The position numbers were made by a program, and so were the translations under genes. Below, in pieces: positions 36,643 through 46,683 of a stretch of DNA of 64,000 nt. This DNA is from Candidatus Omnitrophota bacterium (lineage in GTDB: Bacteria > Omnitrophota > Gorgyraeia > Tantalellales > Tantalellaceae). Each line of letters begins with the position of its first letter. Position 1 is the first letter of the stretch. The notes beneath the pieces were generated by a model. That model was given only the letters and a program-made list of their open reading frames with translations. It was not told where the DNA came from and did not search any database. The stretch is from the NCBI GenBank assembly GCA_049642065.1, contig JBAROK010000032.1, positions 4,100 to 68,099 of the forward strand, read 5' to 3'.

Positions 36643-38019
36643 ATGATAAACATCACAGTAAAAGAAATAGCTCAGGCGACGGGCGGACGGGTATATTCAA
36701 GAAAAGAAAATGAAACCGTAAATGGTTTTTCCATAGATTCCCGCACGACAGTACCCGGCGATATTTTCATAGCTATTAAAGGGTCGAATTTCGACGGACA
36801 TGATTTTATCGGCGAAGCGTTGGATAAGGGCGCCAGCGGGATTATCGTTCAAGAAAAAGCAGGGATCAGTCTTCCTTCGAACGCTTCTCATCTTATAGCC
36901 GTTGAAGATACGCTTGAAGCGTTGGGTAGGGTTGCTGCTGAGATAAGAAGCCGTGTAGATATCCCCGTGGTTTGTATAACGGGAACGAATGGTAAGACTA
37001 CGGTGAAAGATATACTTTCACGGTTGCTTTCCGCAGAATACAAAGTGCTCAAGAGCGATAAGTCGTATAATAATATTATTGGTCTCAGCCTGACGCTGTT
37101 TGACCTTGATTCTTCTTATGATGTAGTCGTGCTGGAGCTAGGGACGAATCATCCGGGTGAGATACCGGTACTTGCACGTATAGCTGCTCCGCATATCGCG
37201 ATCATAACGAATATAGGTGACGGTCACCTGCAGTATTTCGTTGATAGGGAAGGCGTGTTTGTAGAAAAGATAAGTCTTTTGGACTATCTGCCCGATACGG
37301 GCATGGCGTTTCTTAATAGGGACGATCCGCTTTTGGCCAGGGCCGCGACACGCGGTGTGACAAGGAAGTTTTACGGCAGCTCAGAAGGGTCGGATTTTCT
37401 GATATCAGATTTTTCACGTAAGAATGACGGGTACGAATTTTCTCTTAATGGTGACGTTTTTTTTGTCCCTCTAAAAGGCGAGCATAACATTTATAACGCG
37501 GCTTCAGCGGTAGCGGTAGCCGGGTATTTCGGCATATCAGTAGATAACATACGACAGCTACTTAAGGAAATATCCCTTCCGGGTATGCGTCTTGAGAAAG
37601 TGACAGCGGAGAATATCACATTTATCAATGATTCGTATAACGCTAACCCAGATTCTTTTGAGTGTGCTCTTATGGTTCTGAAAGAGAATGATGAAGGCCG
37701 GAAAAAGGGAGTGGTAGCGGGAGATATGATGGAGCTTGGGGAAAAATCCGACGAGTTTCACGAGATGATCGGCAAAAGCATACAGGATAAAGGGTTTGAT
37801 TTTCTGATAACGTTGGGTAAGAGTGCAGGCCATATCGCAGATGGAGCTTTGGAAGAAGGCATGTCAAAGGATCGGGTTCTGCGCGTAGAGACTCACGAAG
37901 AAGCCGCTGTAATGATAAAACAAATGGCAGATAAAGATGCGGTGGTTCTGTTAAAAGGATCACGCGCGTCACGAATGGAGGAAGTGCTTAAGTGTTTTAC
38001 TATTTCTTGTACCCACTGA
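36643..38019 (+). CDS. murF: UDP-MurNAc-tripeptide:D-Ala-D-Ala ligase MurF.
   Basis: ITGTNGKTT P-loop and Mur ligase middle and C-terminal domains. Confidence 0.9.
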   Translation: MINITVKEIAQATGGRVYSRKENETVNGFSIDSRTTVPGDIFIAIKGSNFDGHDFIGEALDKGASGIIVQEKAGISLPSNASHLIAVEDTLEALGRVAAEIRSRVDIPVVCITGTNGKTTVKDILSRLLSAEYKVLKSDKSYNNIIGLSLTLFDLDSSYDVVVLELGTNHPGEIPVLARIAAPHIAIITNIGDGHLQYFVDREGVFVEKISLLDYLPDTGMAFLNRDDPLLARAATRGVTRKFYGSSEGSDFLISDFSRKNDGYEFSLNGDVFFVPLKGEHNIYNAASAVAVAGYFGISVDNIRQLLKEISLPGMRLEKVTAENITFINDSYNANPDSFECALMVLKENDEGRKKGVVAGDMMELGEKSDEFHEMIGKSIQDKGFDFLITLGKSAGHIADGALEEGMSKDRVLRVETHEEAAVMIKQMADKDAVVLLKGSRASRMEEVLKCFTISCTH

Positions 38020-39080
38020 GAGAGTTCTGGTTTGGGTTCAATGTTTTTAGGTACATAACCTTCCGGGCTAGCATGGCTGCGGTTACGGCTTTTGCTATGT
38101 GCATCATATTCGGACCTCCCATAATCAAATGGCTTAAAAGCTTAAAAGCGGGGCAGTATGTAAGAAAAGAGCATGTTGAAGGGCTCTATGACCTGCATAA
38201 ACACAAGGAGGGTACTCCTACCATGGGAGGGCTTCTGATCCTGGTGGCGGTACTGGTTTCAACGCTCCTGTGGGGCAGGCTGGATAACGATTATGTTTTT
38301 CTAGCACTTGCCGGGATGACATGGCTGGGGATAGTAGGGTTCATTGATGACATGATCAAGATCCGTAATAAAAGTGCCAGAGGCATACAGGGCGCTACGA
38401 AACTTATAGGGCAGGTCTCGCTGGCTCTTATAGTGGGGATATTTGTTATAACCAACAAGGCGATAGGGGCGGATCTGTATTTACCTTTTATGAAGAACGC
38501 TGTAGCTAATCTGGGGTTATTCTACATACTTTTCGTGCTCTTGGTCATTGTCGGAGCGAGTAACGCGGTCAATCTTACCGATGGTATAGATGGGCTTGCG
38601 GTTGGATGTGTGGTATTTATTGCGCTGACTTATTCTGTGATGAGTTATATAACCGGTAACGCAATGATCAGCAAGTATCTACAGGTATTTTATTTGCCGG
38701 GATCCGGTGAGCTCACGGTTTTTTGTTCGGCCTTAATGGGGGCATCTCTAGGGTTTCTCTGGTTCAATAGCCATCCGGCTAATATTTTCATGGGAGACAC
38801 CGGAGCACTTTCTTTAGGTGGCGCGATTGCAATAGTAAGCGTGCTTATTAAAAAAGAGGTACTCTTGATACTTACAGGGGGTGTGCTGGTAATAGAAGCG
38901 CTTTCGGTGATCTTGCAAGTGCTATATTTCAAGGTAAGAAAAAAACGACTTTTCCTTATGTCCCCCATACACCACCATTTTCAGATCAAAGGATGGCACG
39001 AATCTAAGATTACGGTGCGTTTCTGGATAATAGCCGCTATACTTGCACTTCTAAGTATGGCGACACTGAAAGTTCGATAA
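37992..39080 (+). CDS. mraY: Phospho-MurNAc-pentapeptide translocase MraY.
   Basis: FNVFRYITFRA N-terminus and ~10 TM segments. GTG start. DDxxD-region motif. Confidence 0.9.
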   Translation: MFYYFLYPLREFWFGFNVFRYITFRASMAAVTAFAMCIIFGPPIIKWLKSLKAGQYVRKEHVEGLYDLHKHKEGTPTMGGLLILVAVLVSTLLWGRLDNDYVFLALAGMTWLGIVGFIDDMIKIRNKSARGIQGATKLIGQVSLALIVGIFVITNKAIGADLYLPFMKNAVANLGLFYILFVLLVIVGASNAVNLTDGIDGLAVGCVVFIALTYSVMSYITGNAMISKYLQVFYLPGSGELTVFCSALMGASLGFLWFNSHPANIFMGDTGALSLGGAIAIVSVLIKKEVLLILTGGVLVIEALSVILQVLYFKVRKKRLFLMSPIHHHFQIKGWHESKITVRFWIIAAILALLSMATLKVR

Positions 39081-39088
39081 TCAAAATT

Positions 39089-40426
39089 ATGTTCGATGTA
39101 AAAAATAAAAAAATCATCGTAGTAGGGCTAGGATTGAGTGGCCGTGCGGCGGCGCAGTTGCTTTCCGAGAGGGGAGCGGAAGTAAAAGTCACCGAGAGTG
39201 CTGAGCATGAAAAAGTACAGAAGCATCTTGATGCGCTGACTGGATGTTCGATTGAGTTTGAGCTCGGACGGCATACGGAAGAGTTTTGCAAAGATGCCTA
39301 TATGGTCGTAACGAGTCCTGGGGTGGATCCTGAGGCTCTGCCCTTGACGGTCGCAAGAAGCCGGAATATACCTATAATCGGAGAATTAGAACTGGGATAT
39401 TTATTTTGTTGCGCTCCGGTAATAGCGATTACGGGGACGAACGGCAAGAGTACCACGACCGAACTTATAGGGGATATACTTGCCTGTTCGGGGAAACACA
39501 CTATTGTTTGCGGTAATATTGGCAACCCGTTAAGCGGTGAAGTAGATAAGCTTACCGAGGATAGTGTGGCTGTCGTGGAAGTAAGCTCCTTCCAGCTGGA
39601 GACTATAAAGGATTTCAGGCCTTACATAGGCGTTCTTCTTAACGTTTCAGAGGACCATTATGAGAGGCACGGTAACCTTGATGCGTATAAAATGGAAAAG
39701 TTCAAGATCTTCAGAAACCAGGCTTCGGATGACTGGGCGGTTTTGCATTCCGATTTTCAGAAAGACAGTATGGCCTCTCAAGTGAAAAGCAGAACCGTGT
39801 TTTTTGGGCAGAAAGATTCTATGGTTTTGGCCGAAGATGGTAGGGTTGTGGCAGATGCCGGAAAATTCATACTGGAAGAGTGCGATATACCTCTTAAGGG
39901 TATCCATAATATGGAGAATGTTGCGTGTGCAGTGCTTGTATCGAAGATCATGGGAGTTACCGAAGAGAATATTCGTGAAGGGATTAGCGCTTTCAGAGCT
40001 CTTCATCACAGGTTTGAAAAAGTTGCCGAGTTTGAGGGGGTAGAATTTATTGACGATTCCAAGGCTACTAACATTGACGCGACACGCCGGGCGCTTGAAT
40101 CGATGAATAAGAAAGTGGTGTTAATAGCTGGGGGAAGGGATAAGGGCGGAGATTACCGTTCGATTCTTCCCTTGATAAAAGAGAAAGTGAAAACAGTGGT
40201 GGTTATTGGAGAGGCTAGTAGTAATATCACCAGTGCTTTCGGAGAAACTATTCCGGTGGTGTCTGCAGATAGCATGTCGGATGCAGTTGAAGTATCTATG
40301 CAGACCGCGAATAGTGGGGAAGCTGTAATGCTTTCGCCGATGTGTTCCAGCTTTGATATGTACACGGATTATAAGCATCGAGGAAAGGTTTTTCAGCAGG
40401 AAGTCCGTAAGTTAACCGGACAATAA
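39089..40426 (+). CDS. murD: UDP-MurNAc-L-Ala:D-Glu ligase MurD.
   Basis: ITGTNGKSTT P-loop and an N-terminal Rossmann domain. Confidence 0.9.
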   Translation: MFDVKNKKIIVVGLGLSGRAAAQLLSERGAEVKVTESAEHEKVQKHLDALTGCSIEFELGRHTEEFCKDAYMVVTSPGVDPEALPLTVARSRNIPIIGELELGYLFCCAPVIAITGTNGKSTTTELIGDILACSGKHTIVCGNIGNPLSGEVDKLTEDSVAVVEVSSFQLETIKDFRPYIGVLLNVSEDHYERHGNLDAYKMEKFKIFRNQASDDWAVLHSDFQKDSMASQVKSRTVFFGQKDSMVLAEDGRVVADAGKFILEECDIPLKGIHNMENVACAVLVSKIMGVTEENIREGISAFRALHHRFEKVAEFEGVEFIDDSKATNIDATRRALESMNKKVVLIAGGRDKGGDYRSILPLIKEKVKTVVVIGEASSNITSAFGETIPVVSADSMSDAVEVSMQTANSGEAVMLSPMCSSFDMYTDYKHRGKVFQQEVRKLTGQ

Positions 40427-40427
40427 T

Positions 40428-41516
40428 ATGAACAAAGACGCAAAAATAGTTTTTCTGACGATGTGCGTTCTGCTCATGCTGGGCGTGGTAATGATATATT
40501 CATCAAGTGCTGTGTATGCTTATGGTGAATACGATGACAGCATGTTCTTCGTTAAAAAACACCTTATCTATCTTGCAACGGGACTTGCTGCCGCGGTTCT
40601 ATGTATGATTCTGCCGGCGGGGCGCATACAGGATTCAGCGAGATGGGTGCTATTCGTAGCGATGATTCTACTGGTCGCGGTGCTGGTTCCCGGGATAGGC
40701 CGGCAGATCGGTGGTGCGCGAAGATGGATGCGGTTTTTCGGGTTTGGATTTCAACCGTCGGAGGTCGCTAAATTCGCACTTATAATTTATCTGGCTGATT
40801 TTACTGCCCGCAGACGGTATTTGATGCAGGACCTGAAGTACGGTTTTCTGCCTCCATTGTTCGTTACTGGGTTAGTCGGAGGCCTTGTGCTTTTAGAACC
40901 AGATATGGGTACGTCCGTGGCTATACTTTTTATCGGATTTATTATGATGTTTGTATCAGGAGCTCGACTAAGGCATCTTGTGTTCATTACGAGCTGTGCG
41001 CTGCCTGTGCTGGCGCTTGCCGTTATTTGCGAGCCTTACCGCGTTAGGCGCGTGCTAGCTTTCTGTAACCCCTGGAAGGACGCTAAGGGTTCCGGTTTTC
41101 AGCTTATACAGTCTTTCATTGCATTAGGTTCTGGCGGTATCTTAGGTGTTGGGCTCGGCGGATCAAAGCAGAAACTTTTTTATCTCCCCGAATCCCATAC
41201 CGATTTTATATTTTCAATAATCGGGGAAGAACTGGGATTTTTAGGAGCAGCCTCAGTGCTTATGCTTTTTGCGGCAATTATATGGTTCTTGTTAAGGTTA
41301 GCGCTTAAGATAAAGGACCAATTTGCTTCACGGGTTGTTCTAGGGATAACTGTGATGATAGCTTTTGAGGTTATTGTCAATATAGGTGTTTCTACGGGTA
41401 TGTTTCCGACTAAGGGGCTGCCGCTTCCTTTTATAAGTTACGGAGGCAGTTCTCTTGTATGTCATCTGGCAGCTATGGGTATTGTTTTCAATATGGCAAG
41501 GAGGGTAGAGGAGTGA
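40428..41516 (+). CDS. ftsW: SEDS-family peptidoglycan polymerase FtsW.
   Basis: 10-TM SEDS pattern with PESHTDFIFS, in the canonical dcw position. Confidence 0.85.
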   Translation: MNKDAKIVFLTMCVLLMLGVVMIYSSSAVYAYGEYDDSMFFVKKHLIYLATGLAAAVLCMILPAGRIQDSARWVLFVAMILLVAVLVPGIGRQIGGARRWMRFFGFGFQPSEVAKFALIIYLADFTARRRYLMQDLKYGFLPPLFVTGLVGGLVLLEPDMGTSVAILFIGFIMMFVSGARLRHLVFITSCALPVLALAVICEPYRVRRVLAFCNPWKDAKGSGFQLIQSFIALGSGGILGVGLGGSKQKLFYLPESHTDFIFSIIGEELGFLGAASVLMLFAAIIWFLLRLALKIKDQFASRVVLGITVMIAFEVIVNIGVSTGMFPTKGLPLPFISYGGSSLVCHLAAMGIVFNMARRVEE

Positions 41517-42616
41517 GGATCATCCTGGCAGCAGGAGGTTCGGGAGGACATATTTTTCCTTCAGTAGCATTGGCTACGGAACTGGAAAAAGCCGGAGTAA
41601 ATGATGTGTATTTTGTGTCCAGCAAAAGACGGCTGGATAAGAATATGCTTAAAGATAACGAACATAAATGTTTTTTTCTTTCAGTTAACCCGATGCCTCT
41701 TAAGTTCAGGCCACTGCGTATCATTGGGTTCATTGGCAAACTAGTCGCCGATACCATGGCATCGATGTTTATAATACTGAAGCTGCGGCCGAGTGTCGTA
41801 GTTGGGTTCGGGGGGTATGCTTCGGGCACGATAGTAGGTGTAGCGAAACTGTTCGGCGTGCCGGTATTGATACACGAGCAGAACCTTCTACCCGGAAGGG
41901 CTAACAGGATATTGTCGCGTGTAGCTGATCGCATCGCGGTAAGTTTTAAAGATTCAGTCAGATATTTTCCGCGTGCTGCCGATAAAGTCGTTTATTCGGG
42001 TAATCCTTTAAGGGTAGACATCCTCTCCAACGACAGGTCTGAAGCGTCGAGACGTCTAGGTCTATCGCCGGAGAAGTTCACGGTACTTATCATGGGCGGA
42101 AGCCAGGGATCCACGTTTTTGAATAGGACAGCTTCCGAAGCGGCGCAGATTATAAAAAATGAAAAAGGTGATATGGTACAATTCATACATCTTACCGGCA
42201 GGAAAGATATCGACCAGGTAAAAGAGTTTTATCAGAAGAACGGTATACAGGCAAAGGCGTTCCCCTTTCTGGAAAGGGTGGATGACGCGTATGCCGCCAG
42301 CGACATGGCAATAAGCAGATCCGGTGCTGCTGCAGTCTTTGAGTTGGCGTTCTATGCAAAGCCCATGATACTTGTTCCGTACCCGAACCCGAAGAATAAC
42401 CAGAGATCGAACGCGAAATATTTTTCTGAATCTGGTGCTGCGATATACAAAGAAGAGAAGGATCTTTCTGCCAGTGGGCTTGCGAAGGAAGTGTTGGATG
42501 TATTGGGTGATAGTGAAAAACGCGAAAGTATCTCCAAGGCCGCGGGCAGCTTAAGCGTGCCGGAAGCGGGTAGAAAGCTGGCCGAAGAAGTGATAAAATT
42601 AGCTGGGAAGAGATGA
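41513..42616 (+). CDS. murG: UDP-GlcNAc:lipid I GlcNAc transferase MurG.
   Basis: ILAAGGSGGHIFP G-loop. The GTG at 41513 has an AAGGAGGG SD. The track ATG at 41459 would overlap ftsW by 58 nt. Confidence 0.85.
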   Translation: MRIILAAGGSGGHIFPSVALATELEKAGVNDVYFVSSKRRLDKNMLKDNEHKCFFLSVNPMPLKFRPLRIIGFIGKLVADTMASMFIILKLRPSVVVGFGGYASGTIVGVAKLFGVPVLIHEQNLLPGRANRILSRVADRIAVSFKDSVRYFPRAADKVVYSGNPLRVDILSNDRSEASRRLGLSPEKFTVLIMGGSQGSTFLNRTASEAAQIIKNEKGDMVQFIHLTGRKDIDQVKEFYQKNGIQAKAFPFLERVDDAYAASDMAISRSGAAAVFELAFYAKPMILVPYPNPKNNQRSNAKYFSESGAAIYKEEKDLSASGLAKEVLDVLGDSEKRESISKAAGSLSVPEAGRKLAEEVIKLAGKR

Positions 42617-43989
42617 ATAAAATACACTTTATAGGAATAGGCGGGATAGGTATGAGCGGATTGGCAGAGATCCTGCTGAGCCAAGGAAAAGAGGTATCAG
42701 GTTCCGATCTAAGGCCTAATTCCATCACGGATCGTCTCAAGGATAAAGGTGCGGTCATTTACAAGGGGCATTCGCCTAGTAATATAACGGATGGTCTGGA
42801 TCTTGTAGTGGTATCTACGTGTATAAGGGATGATAATCCCGAGTTTGTAAAGGCCCGTAAGGTGGGAATTACCGTTGTTACGCGCGGAGAACTTCTTAAA
42901 CAGTTCATGGACGAAGCGCCTGTGTCGGTAGCAGTTACCGGCACGCACGGTAAGACAACGACAAGCGGGCTTATATCTCACGTTACAGAATTCTGTGGGA
43001 TAGAACCTACATCGGTAATCGGCGGGGAACTTGAAATTATCGGCGGAAACGCAAAATACGGACGGGGAGATGTGCTCGTCGCAGAACTCGACGAAAGCGA
43101 CGGGTTTTTCCGGAACGTCAGGTCCACTTACGGTATTATTACAAATATCGAAAGAGAACATATGGAGCATTACGGCTCCATGGAAAATCTCTTAAGCGCC
43201 TATAAAGAGTTTATCGGTCGCATACCGGAAAATGGAATCTTTTTCTATAACGGGGAAGATAAAGTTCTGCAGGGTTTTTCTGAAAAGACCTCTGCGAAAA
43301 AGATAGATTTCGGTATAGACGGGCATTATAAAGTTACCTGCAGGAATTATAGCTGCGCTAGGTGTATCGAGTTCGATCTTTACATAACGGGGAAGAAAAG
43401 TGTCAAGATAAAGAGTCCCCTGGTGGGGCGGCACAACGTAATGAATATCCTTACTGCTATTTCCGTATGCCTGGAGCTTGGATTGGATCCTCAAAGTATC
43501 GCGAAGGCTGTAGAATCCTTCAGGGGGGTTGGCAGGAGGTTCGATAGGATAGGTAAGATAGGTACGATCGAGGTTATTGAGGATTACGCACATCATCCTA
43601 CGGAACTTTCAGCGGTTATACGTGCCGCAAAAGATTATGGAGAAGGTCGCGTGATATCTATTTTTCAGCCGCATAGGCATTCCAGGACCAATGATCTTGC
43701 CGATGATTTTGTGAAATGTTTCAACGATTCCGATATTGTTATACTTACGGATGTTTATTCTGCGGACGAGGATCCAGTAAGCGGCGTGGGGATAAAGGAC
43801 GTCTATGAAAAGATGGATAAAGGTAGTTTTGAAGTCTTGAATTTTGTTGAAATGAACGATATCCCCGAATACGTTTCGGGAATAGTTAAAGATAAAGACG
43901 TGGTGCTGGTGCTTGGAGCGGGAGATATACGGGATATATCCGGTTCGCTTGTTGATGAGATAGAAAGAAAAAAGGGACATGCTGAATAA
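42613..43989 (+). CDS. murC: UDP-MurNAc:L-Ala ligase MurC.
   Basis: VTGTHGKTTT P-loop and a HFIGIGG N-terminus. Confidence 0.9.
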   Translation: MNKIHFIGIGGIGMSGLAEILLSQGKEVSGSDLRPNSITDRLKDKGAVIYKGHSPSNITDGLDLVVVSTCIRDDNPEFVKARKVGITVVTRGELLKQFMDEAPVSVAVTGTHGKTTTSGLISHVTEFCGIEPTSVIGGELEIIGGNAKYGRGDVLVAELDESDGFFRNVRSTYGIITNIEREHMEHYGSMENLLSAYKEFIGRIPENGIFFYNGEDKVLQGFSEKTSAKKIDFGIDGHYKVTCRNYSCARCIEFDLYITGKKSVKIKSPLVGRHNVMNILTAISVCLELGLDPQSIAKAVESFRGVGRRFDRIGKIGTIEVIEDYAHHPTELSAVIRAAKDYGEGRVISIFQPHRHSRTNDLADDFVKCFNDSDIVILTDVYSADEDPVSGVGIKDVYEKMDKGSFEVLNFVEMNDIPEYVSGIVKDKDVVLVLGAGDIRDISGSLVDEIERKKGHAE

Positions 43990-44896
43990 AGGTACGCGTG
44001 AAAGATTACTGAAAATATGCGAAAGCGGCGCAAGTCGTGTGATATTTGATGAGCCTCTTTGTGAACACAGTACTATCGCAATAGGAGGTAAGGTACTTGC
44101 GTGGGTAAGAGTATCGTCGCCGGAAGACCTTGTGGGCGTGAATAGGGCTCTTAAAAGCGTTGGCGCACGGTCCATCGTGGTCGGTAATTGCAGCAATATG
44201 TTATTCCCTGACAGTGTACTGGATGCGGCAATTCTTGAGCTTACGGGCGAAGCGTTTCGGAAATTAGATTTTGATGGGGGAACGGCATGTGTAGGCGCCG
44301 GGGTAATGCTGGCAGACCTTATCTCATACTGCTGCGATAGGGGTCTTTCTGGGATGGAAGGGCTTGTAGGTATACCGGCAACGGTTGGTGGGGCGCTTGC
44401 CAATAATGCTTCTTACTTGTCTAGTGTAAGCGATCGTCTTGTTAGCGTAAGGGTTCTTGACAGAGGGTTAAATGCTGAGTGGATAGAAAAAGAAGACATA
44501 GAGTTCGGGTACCGGTATTCGTCTTTGAAAAGTGAAGGCACTATACTTGAAGCTGTTTTTAAATTGGAGGAGGGAGATCCAGCCGGATTAAAACAAAGAC
44601 TGAAAAAGCTTTTCCTTGATAAGAAAGAGAAGCAGCCGCTTGGAAAAAAGACATTGGGTTGTGTTTTTAAAAATCCCGATGAAGGGGATATTACCAGCGG
44701 TGAGATTATAGATAAAGCCGGCATGAAAGGCTCCCGGGTTGGCGGGGCTATTGTTTCAGTGAAACACGCTAATTTCATAGAAAACGCAGGTGGAGCAAGC
44801 GCTGCGGATGTGTGCAGCCTTATTACAAAAGTAAAAAGTACAGTTAAAGAAAAGTTCGAGGTAGAACTCGAACCCGAGATCGAAATAATAAAGTAA
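43979..44896 (+). CDS. murB: UDP-N-acetylenolpyruvoylglucosamine reductase MurB.
   Basis: FAD-binding domain pattern (GG.V.AWV, VGNCSN) and a C-terminal MurB domain. Confidence 0.85.
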   Translation: MLNKGTRERLLKICESGASRVIFDEPLCEHSTIAIGGKVLAWVRVSSPEDLVGVNRALKSVGARSIVVGNCSNMLFPDSVLDAAILELTGEAFRKLDFDGGTACVGAGVMLADLISYCCDRGLSGMEGLVGIPATVGGALANNASYLSSVSDRLVSVRVLDRGLNAEWIEKEDIEFGYRYSSLKSEGTILEAVFKLEEGDPAGLKQRLKKLFLDKKEKQPLGKKTLGCVFKNPDEGDITSGEIIDKAGMKGSRVGGAIVSVKHANFIENAGGASAADVCSLITKVKSTVKEKFEVELEPEIEIIK

Positions 44897-44904
44897 TAAC
44901 CATC

Positions 44905-45849
44905 ATGATAAGTTATTTAGAAGTATTGAATAAGCACAGGGTAGGAGTACTTGCGGGCGGGCCTTCCAGCGAAAGGGACATAAGTCTTAAAAGCGGTGAA
45001 GCGGTCAGCAAGGCGCTTGTTAATGTAGGGCTTGATCATGTGGTGTTTCTCGATGTTAACGAAGAAGATTTTGAAGATATTATCAAAGAATCAAAAATAG
45101 ATCTGGCTTTTATAGCCTTGCATGGAAGGTTCGGGGAGGATGGTACCGTTCAGAGATCGCTCGAAGAGATGAAAGTGCCTTATACTGGTTCCGGTCCGGA
45201 ATCTTCGGCCCTGGCACTTGATAAGCTCTTGTCCAGAGACCATTTTATTGATAACGGTTTGAAGGTACCTGAACACATGGTTGTACATCATGGGGCGGAT
45301 CTTTCAGTGATGGATATACGGTTCCCGTGTGTGGTCAAGCCGAGATTCGAAGGTTCGAGTATTGGGCTTTCTATTGTTCAGGCCGAATCTGGTATTTATT
45401 CGGCTGTAGATAAAGCCTTTGCTTTTGGGGAGGAAGTGATCATCGAAAGATTCGTATCGGGTAGGGAGATCACGGTAGGTATACTTGCCGGGAAAGCCCT
45501 GCCGGTAGTCGAGATAATCCCGCACGAAGGTGTGTACGATTTTACGGCTAAATATGAAGCGGATACTACAAAATACGTGGTTCCAGCTGAGCTTGATGAA
45601 AAGGATTACTTGCTCGCCCAGGAGATAGGCCTTAAAGCACATAATGCGCTTGGGTGCAGAGGGTTCTCGAGGGTGGACATGCGCCTGTCTGATGAAGAGC
45701 AGATATATGTTCTTGAGGTTAATACGATTCCTGGTCTTACAGAGAGGAGCCTTTTGCCTATGGCGGCAAAAGCCGCGGGACTGGATTTTCCTCAATTATG
45801 TGTTAAGATGCTTTACGGAGCTGTCCATGAAAACGGAGAGTTGTGGTAA
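44905..45849 (+). CDS. ddl: D-alanine--D-alanine ligase.
   Basis: ATP-grasp fold. GVLAGGPSSERDISL N-terminus and EVNTIPG motif. Confidence 0.9.
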   Translation: MISYLEVLNKHRVGVLAGGPSSERDISLKSGEAVSKALVNVGLDHVVFLDVNEEDFEDIIKESKIDLAFIALHGRFGEDGTVQRSLEEMKVPYTGSGPESSALALDKLLSRDHFIDNGLKVPEHMVVHHGADLSVMDIRFPCVVKPRFEGSSIGLSIVQAESGIYSAVDKAFAFGEEVIIERFVSGREITVGILAGKALPVVEIIPHEGVYDFTAKYEADTTKYVVPAELDEKDYLLAQEIGLKAHNALGCRGFSRVDMRLSDEEQIYVLEVNTIPGLTERSLLPMAAKAAGLDFPQLCVKMLYGAVHENGELW

Positions 45850-45877
45850 TATATAGGACTAAAAAAGGAGAGTAGTA

Positions 45878-46675
45878 GTGGCAAGGAAAAAGAGTTCAAA
45901 AAAAACAAAGAAGAAACCACGCCGAAGCAGAAGTTCCTCGGGCGGAGGTTTCCCCGCAAAGATCGTTCTTACAGTGCTTGTGCTTGGCGTACTTATAGCT
46001 GGCACGGGATACGGCATATGGTATTTTTTTCTTAATAGTAAGTTCTTTGCTATAAACGAAATCATTGTGAACAAGGACCAGGGCTATTCTTTCCGTATGG
46101 AAGAGAAGAAACTCGCAAAAAGGTATGAGGGGAGAAATATTTTCAGCGTTAATATGCGCCAGGTTCAAACCCTTATAAAGAACGATTTTCCGCAGCTTAA
46201 AAAAGTGGAAGTAAGAAGGAATCTGCCTGATACGCTCGAGATAGATATAGTTTCAAGGGATCCGATAGCTGTTATAGAATCAGGTGGCGGAATAGTCATA
46301 GACTCTGAAGGTGTGGTTCTTAATATCGGAGAAGAGGAGAAAGGGCTTGTAAAGATAAAAGGTATAAGTTTCTTTCTGAATATGCCCGAAAGAGGTGAAA
46401 AAATCAGTAACCGTGTTTTGGACAGGGCGCTTCTTCTTTTGGAAGTATTACGTAAAAAGATGAGCAGCGAAAAGAAGAACATCGAGTATATAGATATATC
46501 CGACAGGAACAACCTTATCCTCGGTATTTCCGGGGCGACAGTGAAAATGGGGTCGGACGATTTTTTTAGGAAGATAGAGCAGCTTAGGAGCATAATCAAC
46601 GATCCTAACGTTAAAATGAAAGACATTAGATACATTGACCTCAGGTTTGAAGACGCAGTAATTGCGCCGAAATAA
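45878..46675 (+). CDS. ftsQ: Cell division protein FtsQ/DivIB (POTRA domain) with a basic N-terminal tail.
   Basis: K/R/S-rich cytoplasmic tail, one TM helix and a POTRA-like region. GTG start with an AAGGAG SD. Confidence 0.7.
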   Translation: MARKKSSKKTKKKPRRSRSSSGGGFPAKIVLTVLVLGVLIAGTGYGIWYFFLNSKFFAINEIIVNKDQGYSFRMEEKKLAKRYEGRNIFSVNMRQVQTLIKNDFPQLKKVEVRRNLPDTLEIDIVSRDPIAVIESGGGIVIDSEGVVLNIGEEEKGLVKIKGISFFLNMPERGEKISNRVLDRALLLLEVLRKKMSSEKKNIEYIDISDRNNLILGISGATVKMGSDDFFRKIEQLRSIINDPNVKMKDIRYIDLRFEDAVIAPK

Positions 46676-46683
46676 GGAGATAG

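Noticed and set aside
42192-42758. 188-aa and 110-aa - strand ORFs spanning the murG-murC junction.
   Set aside because: Antisense to well-supported Mur ligase / MurG genes.
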